Positions 38,343 through 48,490 of a stretch of 64,000 nt of DNA are shown here, in pieces (the stretch's first letter is position 1; each line of letters begins with the position of its first letter). The position numbers were made by a program, and so were the translations under genes. Origin of the DNA: Smithellaceae bacterium (lineage in GTDB: Bacteria; Desulfobacterota; Syntrophia; Syntrophales; Smithellaceae). The notes below the pieces were generated by a model. The model was not told the origin of the DNA. It saw nothing but the letters and a program-made list of their open reading frames with translations, and ran no database searches. The stretch lies in the NCBI GenBank assembly GCA_963667845.2, contig CAXXVL010000002.1:2464001-2528000 (forward strand). Reading direction: 5' to 3'.

Positions 38343-39131
38343 ATGTTTACGTATCACGATGTTTTGCTGGAAGTGAAAGAGAAGATTGCCGTTGTCACGC
38401 TTAACCGCCCGAAGGCCAGAAATGCCTTCAACGGAGGAGTCCTCGAAGGATTGTATGAGGCCGCAGCCCATGTCCTGGGGGATCCGGACATCCGGGTAGT
38501 GATCCTTACCGGCTCCGGAGACCAGGCGTTTTGTGCCGGCATCGACTTGAAAATGATTGCGGCAGGCGAAGATATGGATGGAGGCCGCAAACGCCATGAC
38601 CGCTTCGGTCACATCCAGATCTATCGGGACTGCTTTACCGCCTATGAAAAGCTGCCCGTTCCGGTGATTGCCGCCATCAACGGATCCTGCTTCGGCGCGG
38701 GTCTGGAACTGGCCCTGGGCTGCGATATCCGGTTGGCGGATGAGACGGCCATGTTCTCCATCCCTGAGGTTCAGCTCGGGATTATTCCTGACGGAGGCGG
38801 GACTCAGCGGCTGCCCAAAATCGTGGGAGTCGGCAAAGCCAAGGAGCTGATCTACACCGGGAGGAGAATCGATGCGAAAGAAGCCCTCCGGATCGGTCTG
38901 GTTGAACATGTCTATCCCAAGGCCGACCTCATGGCCGAGACCTGGAAGATGGCGAAGGAGATAGCGGCCAACGGCGCACCGGTAGTCGGCTGCAAGCGGG
39001 CGATCAATATCGGCGTGAATTATCCTGCGGATGTGGGGCTCTTGTTTGAATCGTCCACGCAGCAGTCATACCTGGAGGCGTTTCAAAAAGGCGCAGGCCA
39101 GATGCTGGAGAAAGTGAAGAAAGAAAAATAG
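38343..39131 (+). CDS. Enoyl-CoA hydratase/isomerase (crotonase family)
   Basis: LNRPKARNA, FCAGIDL, GAGLELALGCD, PEVQLGIIP. Confidence 0.93.
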   Translation: MFTYHDVLLEVKEKIAVVTLNRPKARNAFNGGVLEGLYEAAAHVLGDPDIRVVILTGSGDQAFCAGIDLKMIAAGEDMDGGRKRHDRFGHIQIYRDCFTAYEKLPVPVIAAINGSCFGAGLELALGCDIRLADETAMFSIPEVQLGIIPDGGGTQRLPKIVGVGKAKELIYTGRRIDAKEALRIGLVEHVYPKADLMAETWKMAKEIAANGAPVVGCKRAINIGVNYPADVGLLFESSTQQSYLEAFQKGAGQMLEKVKKEK

Positions 39132-39269
39132 AGAGGGGAGATTTTCGCGGGGCCCGGGGCTCCGGAGACGGGCGGCGATTCTTTGGGGCTTTGTCTTATT
39201 GATCTGCGGCTGGCGCATGATTAGATTGACTTGAAATAGGGGATCGAAGGCGAAACGGAGAAGCACCGC

Positions 39270-39926
39270 ATGAGACTTTTTGCAGCAAGCGATATCCACG
39301 GCGCACTCACGCCCATCAATAATGCCGCACCCCTCATCCGCGAGGCGGATTGGGTGGTGATCGCGGGCGATCTCACGCGCACAAAAACGCGGGCCGAGGC
39401 GGCCGATGTCATTGCCTGTTTTGAGCAATATACAACGCGCATCCTCGCCGTCCACGGCAACTGGGACAGGCTGGAAGTTAAGGACTTCCTCGAGGAGAAG
39501 GGATACAGCCTGCACGGGAAAGGGCGGGTCCTGGAGGGTGTCGGCTTTTTCGGTGCGGGCGGATCATCGCCCACGCCGTTTGGTACAGCCACGGAATACA
39601 CGGAGGATGAAATCGAATTGACTCTCCGGACGGGCTACGCGCAGATTCAGGAAGCGTCGCAGACGGTCCTGATTTCTCATGCGCCGCCCCGTGGTGTGCG
39701 CGACCGGAGTTTTCTGGGCCTTCATGGCGGCAGCCGCAGCGTCAAGTCTTTTCTGGAAAGGCATCCTGTCAGCCTCTGCCTGTGCGGCCATATTCACGAG
39801 GCGGCAGGTATTGAACGCTTTGGAAATACGCTCGTCGCCAACAGCGGAACTTTCAAGAAGGGCCATTACGTGTCCGTTGACATTGGTCCTGCCCTTGCGG
39901 CGGCAAGCGGCCGCGTGGCCTGTTGA
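39270..39926 (+). CDS. Calcineurin-like metallophosphoesterase
   Basis: SDIHG, AGDLT, HGNWD, SHAPP, CGHIHE. Confidence 0.9.
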   Translation: MRLFAASDIHGALTPINNAAPLIREADWVVIAGDLTRTKTRAEAADVIACFEQYTTRILAVHGNWDRLEVKDFLEEKGYSLHGKGRVLEGVGFFGAGGSSPTPFGTATEYTEDEIELTLRTGYAQIQEASQTVLISHAPPRGVRDRSFLGLHGGSRSVKSFLERHPVSLCLCGHIHEAAGIERFGNTLVANSGTFKKGHYVSVDIGPALAAASGRVAC

Positions 39927-40084
39927 TGATCTTTTTCCGCTTGACGCCCGGCGGCATTTCTCCTATTGTTCAAAACAATGATTTTCGCCGGGAATACAAA
40001 AGAGCAAGCGTCGGAGAAGGTACCCGAAAGGTTTTCATTCATTTGCGCCCCAAAACCCGATCATCACAAATATAGGACAGGCCT

Positions 40085-41350
40085 ATGAACAAACGATTTA
40101 CGGACTTAATTCTTGCCGCCATCAAACAGAGAATCTCCGATCTGCACATCTGTGGCGGTTCTCCCCTGATTTTCCGCAGTGAAGGCATTATCCACTTCGA
40201 TAAAAATGTGAAATGGTCATCCATGGATATCGATACGCTGCTCAGGGAGACGTTGAGCGAGCGCCAGCTTTTGACGCTTCGAAAAAGATGGTCCGTCGAT
40301 TTTGCCATGTCGTTCAACAATGTCCGCATCCGGATCAACGCCTTTTACACGACGCGGGGATTAAGCCTGGCCATCCGCCTGCTTCCCGAGACGATTCCGG
40401 ATATCGCATCTTTGAACCTGCATCCGTCGCTGAATCAGATCCGGGATCTCAAGGCGGGCCTGATTCTGGTCTGCGGCAGTACGGGGTCCGGCAAATCGAC
40501 GACGGTGGCGGCGATTATCGAAGAGATCAACCGCAGCCGGCCCGTGCACATCATCACCATCGAGGATCCCATCGAGTACCGGTTCCGGCCCAAGAGGGCC
40601 TTCATCGAGCAGCGCGAAGTCGGCATCCATGTGCCGTCTTTCAACCAGGGGCTGCTGGATGTTTTGCGTGAGAATCCGGACGTCATTTTTGTGGGCGAGC
40701 TCCGCGAGCCGGACACCATCCGCCTCACGCTCAATGCCGCCGAGTCCGGGCATCTTGTTTTCGCGACACTGCATGCCACGGATGCGGAGGATGCCATCTA
40801 CCGCATCAACAATTGCGTGTCCGGCGATAATCAGGATGTCATCCGCTATCAATTTGCCTCCACGTTTTCCTGGCTGATTGTTCAGCAGCTGACGTACAAC
40901 GAGAAAGCGGGATTCCGTGTGCCGGTGCTCTCGATCACCCGCGGATCTTCATCGGTCAGAAGCAGTATTCGTGAAAACAAACTGACCCAGCTGGAAAACA
41001 TTATGCTTACCAGCCGCAACGATGGCATGTATACGATGGAGCTCTATCAAAAGGAGTTTGTGAACAATCAACCCGTGTTCAAGCATCCGTATAAAAGCTT
41101 CGGGATGGGAACAGAGTCATCCAGGGAAACGGATTTCATCTCATCTCTCATCGATCCCAACGCTGTTCAGGATGTGGTTTATATGGCGTCCGTGGATGAC
41201 GCATTTAAAACGCCGAACCTATCCGCAAAAGATGAAGACTGGCAGCAATATATCGTCCCTGAAGATCATGAAAATCTGACGGACGTCATCGCCCAGTTCG
41301 ATCAAATGGAAAATACCAAGCCCGGTCCGGCGGATAAAAAAAATAAATAA
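40085..41350 (+). CDS. pilT: PilT/PilU-family type IV pilus retraction ATPase with acidic C-terminal extension
   Basis: SDLH, Walker A GSTGSGKST, TIEDPIEY, QREVG, VGELR, ATLHA, SVRSSIRE (AIRNLIRE-like). Confidence 0.85.
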   Translation: MNKRFTDLILAAIKQRISDLHICGGSPLIFRSEGIIHFDKNVKWSSMDIDTLLRETLSERQLLTLRKRWSVDFAMSFNNVRIRINAFYTTRGLSLAIRLLPETIPDIASLNLHPSLNQIRDLKAGLILVCGSTGSGKSTTVAAIIEEINRSRPVHIITIEDPIEYRFRPKRAFIEQREVGIHVPSFNQGLLDVLRENPDVIFVGELREPDTIRLTLNAAESGHLVFATLHATDAEDAIYRINNCVSGDNQDVIRYQFASTFSWLIVQQLTYNEKAGFRVPVLSITRGSSSVRSSIRENKLTQLENIMLTSRNDGMYTMELYQKEFVNNQPVFKHPYKSFGMGTESSRETDFISSLIDPNAVQDVVYMASVDDAFKTPNLSAKDEDWQQYIVPEDHENLTDVIAQFDQMENTKPGPADKKNK

Positions 41351-41392
41351 AAATTTGCGGGCAAGAATTCCGCATAGAGGGGAAAGAACAAA

Positions 41393-42094
41393 ATGAAACA
41401 CAATGGACGGTTTGTCCTGAAAATCGCGGCGGCATTTGCTTTGATCGCTTTTAGCTTTGCTCAAGCGGGCTGGGCCGCGGTCCCCGGCCGTTACAATATT
41501 GATTTACACTATGATTCCGATAAGGCCGTTATCCCGGCGCAATTGAAGGCCGAGGGGAAAGTGCGTAGTGTTGTGATTGCCGTCGCCCAGTTTTCGGATG
41601 CGCGCCAGGTGGATGATAAGAAAGCCGTCGGCTGGGTGAAGGAACTGGATGGTTCGAAAGTAAAGGTGTTCCCCAAAACGAATCAACCGACGCGGATCAT
41701 TGCCGACGGCATTAAAGGCTATCTGAAAAAGGCGGGTTATAAAATTGCCGATAAAACGGCCTCATGGGACCTGAAAGAAGGGAACCTGCCGAAAGGAAGC
41801 GGCAAGGTGATTATCGGCGGCGCGATCGAGGAAATGGACATCACCTGCTGGACGGGCGTATTCAGCAATGATTACAAAATCAACATGAAACTCTCACTTA
41901 CGGTTGCGGATGCAGCCGGGGGCAAAATATTATACAAGGGTAATGTTACCGTTTCCTCATCCCGGACGGATACGTCCTTTTCCGAAGGCCAGCTCGGCTA
42001 TGAAGCCGGTATGGCTCTCGGCGATGCCATTGGAAAAATGTTTGAGGGGAAGACGGTGGCGGAAAAAATAAAGGAAGCTGCCCTGGCAAAATAG
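41393..42094 (+). CDS. Exported hypothetical protein (YajG-like appearance)
   Basis: Signal peptide; VAQFSDAR; long ORF with RBS. Confidence 0.75.
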   Translation: MKHNGRFVLKIAAAFALIAFSFAQAGWAAVPGRYNIDLHYDSDKAVIPAQLKAEGKVRSVVIAVAQFSDARQVDDKKAVGWVKELDGSKVKVFPKTNQPTRIIADGIKGYLKKAGYKIADKTASWDLKEGNLPKGSGKVIIGGAIEEMDITCWTGVFSNDYKINMKLSLTVADAAGGKILYKGNVTVSSSRTDTSFSEGQLGYEAGMALGDAIGKMFEGKTVAEKIKEAALAK

Positions 42095-42144
42095 CAGCGG
42101 ATCGGCTTCCGGCAATTGCCGGTGTCATCATCAATCCATATCCG

Positions 42145-42184
42145 TGCCGCGTTGTCGTAAAAAAGACTACGCGGCATTTTTTTT
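42145..42184 (+). terminator. Rho-independent terminator
   Basis: TGCCGCGTTGTC / GACTACGCGGCA stem followed by T8. Confidence 0.75.
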
Positions 42185-42454
42185 CAGACGATTTCCCAAG
42201 GCGCCGGGGCGGCAGCGATCCGGTGAGCCCAACCCGGCCGCGAGCGCCATGGGTGCCCGGTGTTTCCGCATGATGAGGAGTGATTCTTTAAACATTTCCG
42301 GGTCCGTTGCCTTCTATTGACTATCCCGCCAGGCATGTTTATTTTTTGAAAGTGACGGCGTTCAAGAAGCGCGGTTTTCCTGCTTTCGCTTTATCCTTTC
42401 CTTGCGGGATTGATCACGAAGCGCATCCGTAAAATAAAACACGTGAGGTGAACC

Positions 42455-42955
42455 ATGAAGAAGAAAGACAATGTCCGCCTGATTTTGATCCTGGCGATCT
42501 TTTTCCTCGCTCTCGGCGGCTGGCTCCTTCATCTGCAGCTCCATGAGCCGGCCAAAGATGCGGAAAATTACCTCCCGGCTGTTGCCGGACTGATCAGCGT
42601 TTTTATTATACCCATTTTATTTATTTTCCGCTCGACCATTCCTTTTGCCTATCTGATCAACGGAATGACGGCTATTATCGGCACCATTGCCATGGTTCAC
42701 TTTTCCATCGAAAACCCACCGGACGTGTGGACGCTGAAATCATTGCTGATGGGAACACTCCTGGCTCCAATCATGTTATTATGGGCAAAATTTGCGGTGG
42801 GCAAGGCCCTTTTTGAACTGGAACCGGCCGTGAGACAGCCGGATGCTCCGATACGCAAAGGGCGGTTTTTCCGCTTCCCGAATATGGGATTCTGGTTTGT
42901 TCATGTCGTGACCTTAACCGTCGTATATTTGTTTGGCGCTTATCTATGGAAATAG
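42455..42955 (+). CDS. Hypothetical membrane protein
   Basis: GAGGTGA RBS; about 5 TM; GGWLLH motif. Confidence 0.78.
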   Translation: MKKKDNVRLILILAIFFLALGGWLLHLQLHEPAKDAENYLPAVAGLISVFIIPILFIFRSTIPFAYLINGMTAIIGTIAMVHFSIENPPDVWTLKSLLMGTLLAPIMLLWAKFAVGKALFELEPAVRQPDAPIRKGRFFRFPNMGFWFVHVVTLTVVYLFGAYLWK

Positions 42956-42967
42956 CAGGAGGTTGAT

Positions 42968-43054
42968 ATGCAGTATTTTATGTTGTTCAAACCGGGATGG
43001 TGGATTCTGCACATCTTTGCAATTTCGCTGATGATCTTAATCGGTCATCTCTAG
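42968..43054 (+). CDS. Unannotated 28-aa membrane micropeptide MQYFMLFKPGWWILHIFAISLMILIGHL
   Basis: Strong RBS AGGAGG 5 nt before ATG, immediately after the previous stop; single hydrophobic helix. Confidence 0.6.
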   Translation: MQYFMLFKPGWWILHIFAISLMILIGHL

Positions 43055-43188
43055 ACGGCTTGATGATGACTGCGTCATGGTAATGTGATCATCACGTCCG
43101 CGAGGACCGGAGCCGGTGAAAAGCCCATCATCATCAAAAAAAATCCACCGAGTCCGATCCCGCAAATTTTGTCGGGACATATTTGTTT

Positions 43189-43899
43189 CTATTTTTCTGA
43201 TCCGTTTGCCAGTTTCTTAAAACGCACGGCCAGTTCCGGTCCTTTGGCCTTGTCTTCGTGTTTAAAAAATACGAACACGGTTTTCCATTTCTGCCGGCGG
43301 ATCTTTTCGAGCCAGGAAGCGAGGTCGGCATCTGAATAATCGGAGCGCCTGAGGCGCAGGTATCCCCACGACGCGGTGCGGACAATATCCTGTGCGGGAA
43401 GTTCATCCGTGTCCGTCGTGCACAGGCTTAAATCTCTTCCGCGCAGAAAATCCCCCACTTCATCGTTATTCCAGGACGGATGGCGAAACTCGAAGGCGCA
43501 GGGTGTCTTATCCGGGATGAGGTTGAGAAAGCTGCGCAGCGTGTCCGCGTCCGCGCGAAAACTCGCGGGCAACTGGAAGAGCATGGGCCCGAGCTTCAGA
43601 TGCAGGACGGCCAAAGTTCGGAAAAGGTACTGCATTTCGGAGCCGACGTTCCTCAGACGTTTGACATGCGTGATGATCCGGGGCGCCTTAAAAGCAAAGA
43701 CAAAGCTCACAGGCACCTGCCGGGTCCAGGTCTCAAGCACGTCCTCGGTGGGCATGCGGTAAAATGTATTGTTAATCTCCACCGCACCGAGGTGCCCGGC
43801 ATAAAAGCGGAGCATGTCGTGCGGTGAAATCTTTTCCGGATAAAATATCCCCTGCCATTCTTTATAGCTATACCCGCTGGTGCCGATGTAGAATTTCAT
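43189..43899 (-). CDS. DUF72 family protein
   Basis: IGTSGYSYKEW, VEINNTFY, KAPRIITH, LFQLP, EFRHPSW, YLRLR, FFKHE. Confidence 0.9.
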   Translation of the reverse strand: MKFYIGTSGYSYKEWQGIFYPEKISPHDMLRFYAGHLGAVEINNTFYRMPTEDVLETWTRQVPVSFVFAFKAPRIITHVKRLRNVGSEMQYLFRTLAVLHLKLGPMLFQLPASFRADADTLRSFLNLIPDKTPCAFEFRHPSWNNDEVGDFLRGRDLSLCTTDTDELPAQDIVRTASWGYLRLRRSDYSDADLASWLEKIRRQKWKTVFVFFKHEDKAKGPELAVRFKKLANGSEK

Positions 43900-43987
43900 T
43901 TTTTAGTCCAACCAAATGCAGGCTTAACCGGATATCCGCCGTAGAATACACGGCCAGCCGCTGTGATCATGTCGTAATTACCTTTCT

Positions 43988-44052
43988 GTCATTTCGTGCT
44001 TTCCAGAGAGCGCGGCAATCTCTTTGTGTCAAGCAGGTCCGGGATTGCTTCG
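43988..44052. repeat. Degenerate palindromic (GCAATC/GATTGC-type) intergenic repeat
   Basis: GTCATTTCG...CGCGGCAATCTC...GGGATTGCTTCG arms. Confidence 0.45.
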
Positions 44053-44138
44053 GACGTTACACGCACCAAAAAAGATTCGCTTCCCTTGGTGGGAGAGGTG
44101 AGTGACGAAAGAGACAGAAGAATATTCAACACGCAATA

Positions 44139-45746
44139 TCACTTTATAACTCTTTCCTCCGGCGCCTCGCGCTGCACGTCGCGCGGATCCTTGTCTTCAC
44201 GCATCCGGAGGAAGACCGGCTGTCTCAGGAGCCCCTCGCTTGTCCAGCCATGGAAAGCAACTTCACAGACCAGCGCAGGCGTAACCCAGGTGACGGGCAT
44301 GTTTGTCTTCGGCGCTGTCTTAAACGGACAGGTCTTGCGGATCAGGGGATTCAGCCGGGCGCGAATGTCCTTGAGCTTCTGCGCGTCAAATCCGCCGCCG
44401 GTGTGGCCGATGAAGATCAATTCATTCTTGTCGAATACGCCCAGCACGAGCGCACCGAAATCGTTGCGGCTGCCCCGCGGCTCGGTGAAGCCCGCGATGA
44501 CGGCTTCCTGGGTGAGGCGGGCTTTGATTTTGAGCCACTGGCGGCTACGCTTGCCCGCATGGTACGTGCTTGAGGCACGCTTGGCCATGATCCCTTCCAG
44601 TCCGGCGTCGCGGACGACTTTGAAAAACGTCAGGCCGTCGCCTGTGACGTGATCGCTGTATTTTACATGCGGGGAGGAGCTCGGAAGAATTTTTTTGAGC
44701 AGCGCTTTGCGCGTAAGCAAAGGCAAACCGGTCAGATCGCGGCCTTGAAGGTAGAGAAGATCGAAGACATAATAAACCAGATGGCCCGACGGGTTCTTCT
44801 GATAGTCCTGTAATTTTTGAAAATCGGGGAAGCCGCGGTCGTCCACCACGACGATTTCGCCGTCGAGAATCGCCTCGAACCGGAATTTCCCCAGTGCTGC
44901 CGCAACGGGAGAAAATCTGCCGGTAAAAGACAGGAGGTTGCGGGAATAGAGCGCGACGTCACCATTCTCGATTTCGGCAATGGCGCGGTAACCGTCCCAT
45001 TTCATTTCAAACATCCAGTCCGGGTGGCCGAAAGGTTCTTTCGTCAGCGTCGCGAGCATCGGTTTGATGCGGTGCGGCATAGGTTTTGATGGTGCGCTCT
45101 TCAGGTCTTCGCTCTCCAGCGCTTCGCGTAAACGGATGTGGTCTATTTTATCCTGCACGGGCGGGTCGCCGGCATTCTCACGGACGATCTCTTCGAGATT
45201 TTCGTGGGACACAACGGACCGGTTGTCTTTCAGGATGTCGGAGGACCCTGCAAAATGGTCCTTCTTTTTCACCAGGAGCCAGGACTTTTCGTCGAACTTT
45301 GTTTTGACGAGGGCAAATTCGCCCTGAAGCTTTTCGCCGTGTAGGATAAACGTCAGGTGGCCTTTAGCGAGTCCGTCCCGGAGCAGGCTTTCGCTGGCTT
45401 TCCCGCCGGGATCATCGGGATGATGGTAATAGCCGCGGTCCCAGATGATGACGCTGCCTGCGCCGTAGTTGCCCTCCGGGATAACGCCTTCGAAATCTTT
45501 GTAGTCAAAGGGATGATCCTCCACCATCACGGCGAGCCGTTTCTGGGAGGGATTTAGTGAGGGGCCCTTCGGGACGGCCCAGCTTTTCAAAACGCCGCCC
45601 AGCTCCAGCCGGAGGTCGTAGTGCAGCGCCCGGGCCGCGTGTTTCTGGACGACAAAAAGCAGACGCTCCCCCGCCTTATGAACGCCTGCCCGCGGTTCAG
45701 GGGTTTTTGCAAATGTCCGTTTAGCCGTGTAGTCTTTCAGTGCCAT
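44139..45746 (-). CDS. ligD: NHEJ DNA ligase D, phosphoesterase and ATP-dependent ligase domains (no polymerase domain)
   Basis: PE: FVVQKHAARALHYDLRLE, SWAVPKGPS, VEDHP. LIG: EMKWDGYR, LDGEIV, FDLL, EGIMAK, WLKIK. ATG 45746. Confidence 0.92.
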   Translation of the reverse strand: MALKDYTAKRTFAKTPEPRAGVHKAGERLLFVVQKHAARALHYDLRLELGGVLKSWAVPKGPSLNPSQKRLAVMVEDHPFDYKDFEGVIPEGNYGAGSVIIWDRGYYHHPDDPGGKASESLLRDGLAKGHLTFILHGEKLQGEFALVKTKFDEKSWLLVKKKDHFAGSSDILKDNRSVVSHENLEEIVRENAGDPPVQDKIDHIRLREALESEDLKSAPSKPMPHRIKPMLATLTKEPFGHPDWMFEMKWDGYRAIAEIENGDVALYSRNLLSFTGRFSPVAAALGKFRFEAILDGEIVVVDDRGFPDFQKLQDYQKNPSGHLVYYVFDLLYLQGRDLTGLPLLTRKALLKKILPSSSPHVKYSDHVTGDGLTFFKVVRDAGLEGIMAKRASSTYHAGKRSRQWLKIKARLTQEAVIAGFTEPRGSRNDFGALVLGVFDKNELIFIGHTGGGFDAQKLKDIRARLNPLIRKTCPFKTAPKTNMPVTWVTPALVCEVAFHGWTSEGLLRQPVFLRMREDKDPRDVQREAPEERVIK

Positions 45747-45747
45747 A

Positions 45748-46653
45748 TTATAAGTAGGGCAGATCCTGCCGCAGGGTGAGGACAGGGGCGAAGATGTCCC
45801 CGGTTTTGGAAAGCCTGTCGATCGCCTGAAAAGGCAGGACGCGAATTTTCTCCGCATCTCCCTTTTCCGCAAGCTTTTCTATTTCTTTCCAGGGCCGGGG
45901 ATAGGAAACCGTCGGCTTCTCCCCCGCCCTTAAAGAGTAAACACAAATCGTGGTCTTGGATGCATCGTTTTGAGACCAGTTGATAAAGACTTTTTTCGTC
46001 CGCTGTTCCTTCGCCATCTTCGACGTGACGAGATCCGGATAGTTGCGCTCCAGGACTTCAGCCACGGATTTGGAAAATGTTTTGGTATCATCAAACGTGA
46101 TCTTAACGCGGTTCAGGGGGACGTATACATGCAGTCCCTTCAGACCCGATGTCTTGGCAAAGCAAGTGAGCTTCAGTTCGGCAAGCAAATCCCGCAGAAT
46201 CAACGAAACACGCAGGCACTCAAGCATTCCGGCCGCGGTGCCGGGGTCCAGGTCGAAGACAACGGCATCGGGTGTTTCGCGGGTATGCGTCCGGGCGAGC
46301 GGTACGTGCAGCTCCAGGGATGCCAGATTTTCCACCCACATCAGCGTAGCCAGGTCGTTAACGAGGCAGACTTGCATGGTCTCGCCGCTGTCCTGGGGAA
46401 TCTGCGCCGTCGGCACCCAGGACGGATGATGGGAGGGGCAGCGTTTTTCGAAAAAATATTCTTCGCCCACGCCGTTGGGATAACGCTTTAAGGTCAGCGC
46501 CCGGTTCTGCAGGTGAGGCAGGATGAATTGCGCTATGCGGCGGTAGTATTCCAGAACATGGGCCTTGGTAAATCCGAAAGCCGGATACAGGTCTTTCTCC
46601 AGGTTGGACAAAGACAGAATGTGTTTGTCAATTTGCGTTACTTGCGTGGTCAC
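45748..46653 (-). CDS. Stand-alone LigD polymerase (PolDom, AEP primase-polymerase)
   Basis: LSNLEKDLYP, RYPNG, FFEK, FDLDPG, KTSGLKGLHV, INWSQN, YSLRA. Confidence 0.9.
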   Translation of the reverse strand: MTTQVTQIDKHILSLSNLEKDLYPAFGFTKAHVLEYYRRIAQFILPHLQNRALTLKRYPNGVGEEYFFEKRCPSHHPSWVPTAQIPQDSGETMQVCLVNDLATLMWVENLASLELHVPLARTHTRETPDAVVFDLDPGTAAGMLECLRVSLILRDLLAELKLTCFAKTSGLKGLHVYVPLNRVKITFDDTKTFSKSVAEVLERNYPDLVTSKMAKEQRTKKVFINWSQNDASKTTICVYSLRAGEKPTVSYPRPWKEIEKLAEKGDAEKIRVLPFQAIDRLSKTGDIFAPVLTLRQDLPYL

Positions 46654-47432
46654 CGGTTCTTTTTTACCTTTCGCATGCTTTCGGCAAGGGCCGCCACCAG
46701 ATCGACCGGGCCTTCCTCTTCCTCCTCGACTGCGGGCGGTGTAACCGGGGGCTGCTTCCTGGCCTTGCTCTTAATGAGTGCCAAAAGACGCTTTCTGCGC
46801 AGATTGGCATGTTCGGCGGGCTGGAAATCGCGCGCAAGCGACCGGATGGCGGTTTTCATACGGGCTTTATCCGCCGGGGCGATGGAGACGGTTTGAGGCA
46901 CGATGTTGTCGTCGGGAAGGATCTCATCGCTGTAATGCAGAATGATGAGCGACAGGGCGCCCCCGGTGCTTTGCAGAGCGACAAAATACTCCCGCTCACC
47001 CAGCACGAATTTGGCCAGTCCCGATTTATGCGTCCGGCGCATCACCTCGACCATCAGCCGGTAAGCCTTCTCACCGCCTTTTGCAGGGACGAGGTAGTAG
47101 GGATGGTCGTAGTAGATGGGGTCAATATCGGCCAGTTCGACGAATTCGATAATCTCGATGGTGCGGCTGCGCTCGGGGGAGACGGATTCCAGCTCATCGT
47201 CCGTGACGGTGATATATTTATCAGGCCCGATTTCGTAACCCCGGATGATCTCCTCGGGTTCGACCATCTTTTCTTCCAGCGGGCAGAACATCCGCCGGGA
47301 GAGGGGAGAATAGTCTTTGCTGTGGAGCAGGCGGAAAGAGACCCGGCTAGGCTCTACGGCCTTGACCAATTGCACCGGAATCGCCACCAGGCTGAAACTG
47401 ATCGTTCCGCTCCATATCCCCTGCATTGCCAT
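46650..47432 (-). CDS. ku: Ku protein (NHEJ), copy 2
   Basis: IWSGTISFSLVAIPV, IIRGYE, IDPIYYDHPYYLVP, VDLVAALAES. Confidence 0.92.
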   Translation of the reverse strand: MAMQGIWSGTISFSLVAIPVQLVKAVEPSRVSFRLLHSKDYSPLSRRMFCPLEEKMVEPEEIIRGYEIGPDKYITVTDDELESVSPERSRTIEIIEFVELADIDPIYYDHPYYLVPAKGGEKAYRLMVEVMRRTHKSGLAKFVLGEREYFVALQSTGGALSLIILHYSDEILPDDNIVPQTVSIAPADKARMKTAIRSLARDFQPAEHANLRRKRLLALIKSKARKQPPVTPPAVEEEEEGPVDLVAALAESMRKVKKNR

Positions 47433-47445
47433 TTGCGTTTCCCCC

Positions 47446-48216
47446 TCACGCCACTTTCTTCAAACTGGCCGTAAGCGTCTGCAAGAGCTTGTCCGACGAC
47501 GTCGGTTTCAAACGCCGCGGCCGAAGCAAGACAATTTTTTCTCCGCGAGCCTTCTTATCGATCAACTGCTGTAATTTTTTTTCATGCTCGTTTACGAATT
47601 TCTGCGGTTCAAAAGACGCAGTTAAGTGGCCGATCAGGTCGGCTCCGATCTGTAGTTCCTTCTCCGATACGGCGACCTCAGGCAGATCCAGGGACGAGAC
47701 GGGAATCACTTCATCGGCATACCTCAAAGTATTGAGGCGAAGTATTTTTCCGCTTACCTGCAGCGCCCCGAAATAGGAGCGCTTTCTCATCGTCCACGAG
47801 CAGATGCCTTCCACCTTCATGTCGTGAAGCGCGGCGGCCAGTGTCTGATAAGTTCTGGATGGATTATCCGGTTCCAGGTAGTAGCCGCGCGTCATCAAAA
47901 GAGGATCGATTTGTGAAGCGTTGACGAACTCCAACACATCGATGATCCGGCTTTCTTCGGGCAGCGTTTCTGAAAGCTCCGCAGGGGTCATAAGGACGTA
48001 GCGGCCGTCTTCGAGCTTAAACCCCCGGACCTGTTCATCGGGTGGGACCGGCGTCTTTTCATGGGCACAGATCATCTGCTGTCTGAGCGGGACGCGGTCT
48101 TTTTTGTGCAGAAGATGAAATTGAATGTGCTCTTCCTTTACTGCTGTGTGCAGTTTGACCGGAATATCAAAATTTCCAAAATGGAGCTGCCCTTTCCAGA
48201 TTGCCCGCCCTGCCAT
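47446..48216 (-). CDS. ku: Ku protein (NHEJ), copy 1
   Basis: AIWKGQLHFG, PVKLHTA, IDP...YYLEPD, TLRYADEV. Confidence 0.9.
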   Translation of the reverse strand: MAGRAIWKGQLHFGNFDIPVKLHTAVKEEHIQFHLLHKKDRVPLRQQMICAHEKTPVPPDEQVRGFKLEDGRYVLMTPAELSETLPEESRIIDVLEFVNASQIDPLLMTRGYYLEPDNPSRTYQTLAAALHDMKVEGICSWTMRKRSYFGALQVSGKILRLNTLRYADEVIPVSSLDLPEVAVSEKELQIGADLIGHLTASFEPQKFVNEHEKKLQQLIDKKARGEKIVLLRPRRLKPTSSDKLLQTLTASLKKVA

Positions 48217-48490
48217 AACCGGACTCCTTCGTCTATTTCACGTTGCGTCAAATTTAAAAATAGGTACCTTGGGCTGAGCTGTCAAATAGAAGGGCGAGAC
48301 GCGGATATGTCATGTATTCTTTAATATGCGGTTATGATTCGGTCTGGGGGTGCAGTCTCATAGGTTTTACCTGACAGAATCCTTACAGTTAATTATTATT
48401 CATCAACGTCCCTGGTGTGATTTATCCTTTACAGCAAACGAAAAAATCGGTAGGGTCTGCCAAATAAAATTTGGAATTAGGAAGATCGAC

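Noticed and set aside
39980..40080. c-di-GMP riboswitch upstream of pilT
   Set aside because: Has a CCGAAAGG tetraloop but lacks the GEMM consensus blocks.
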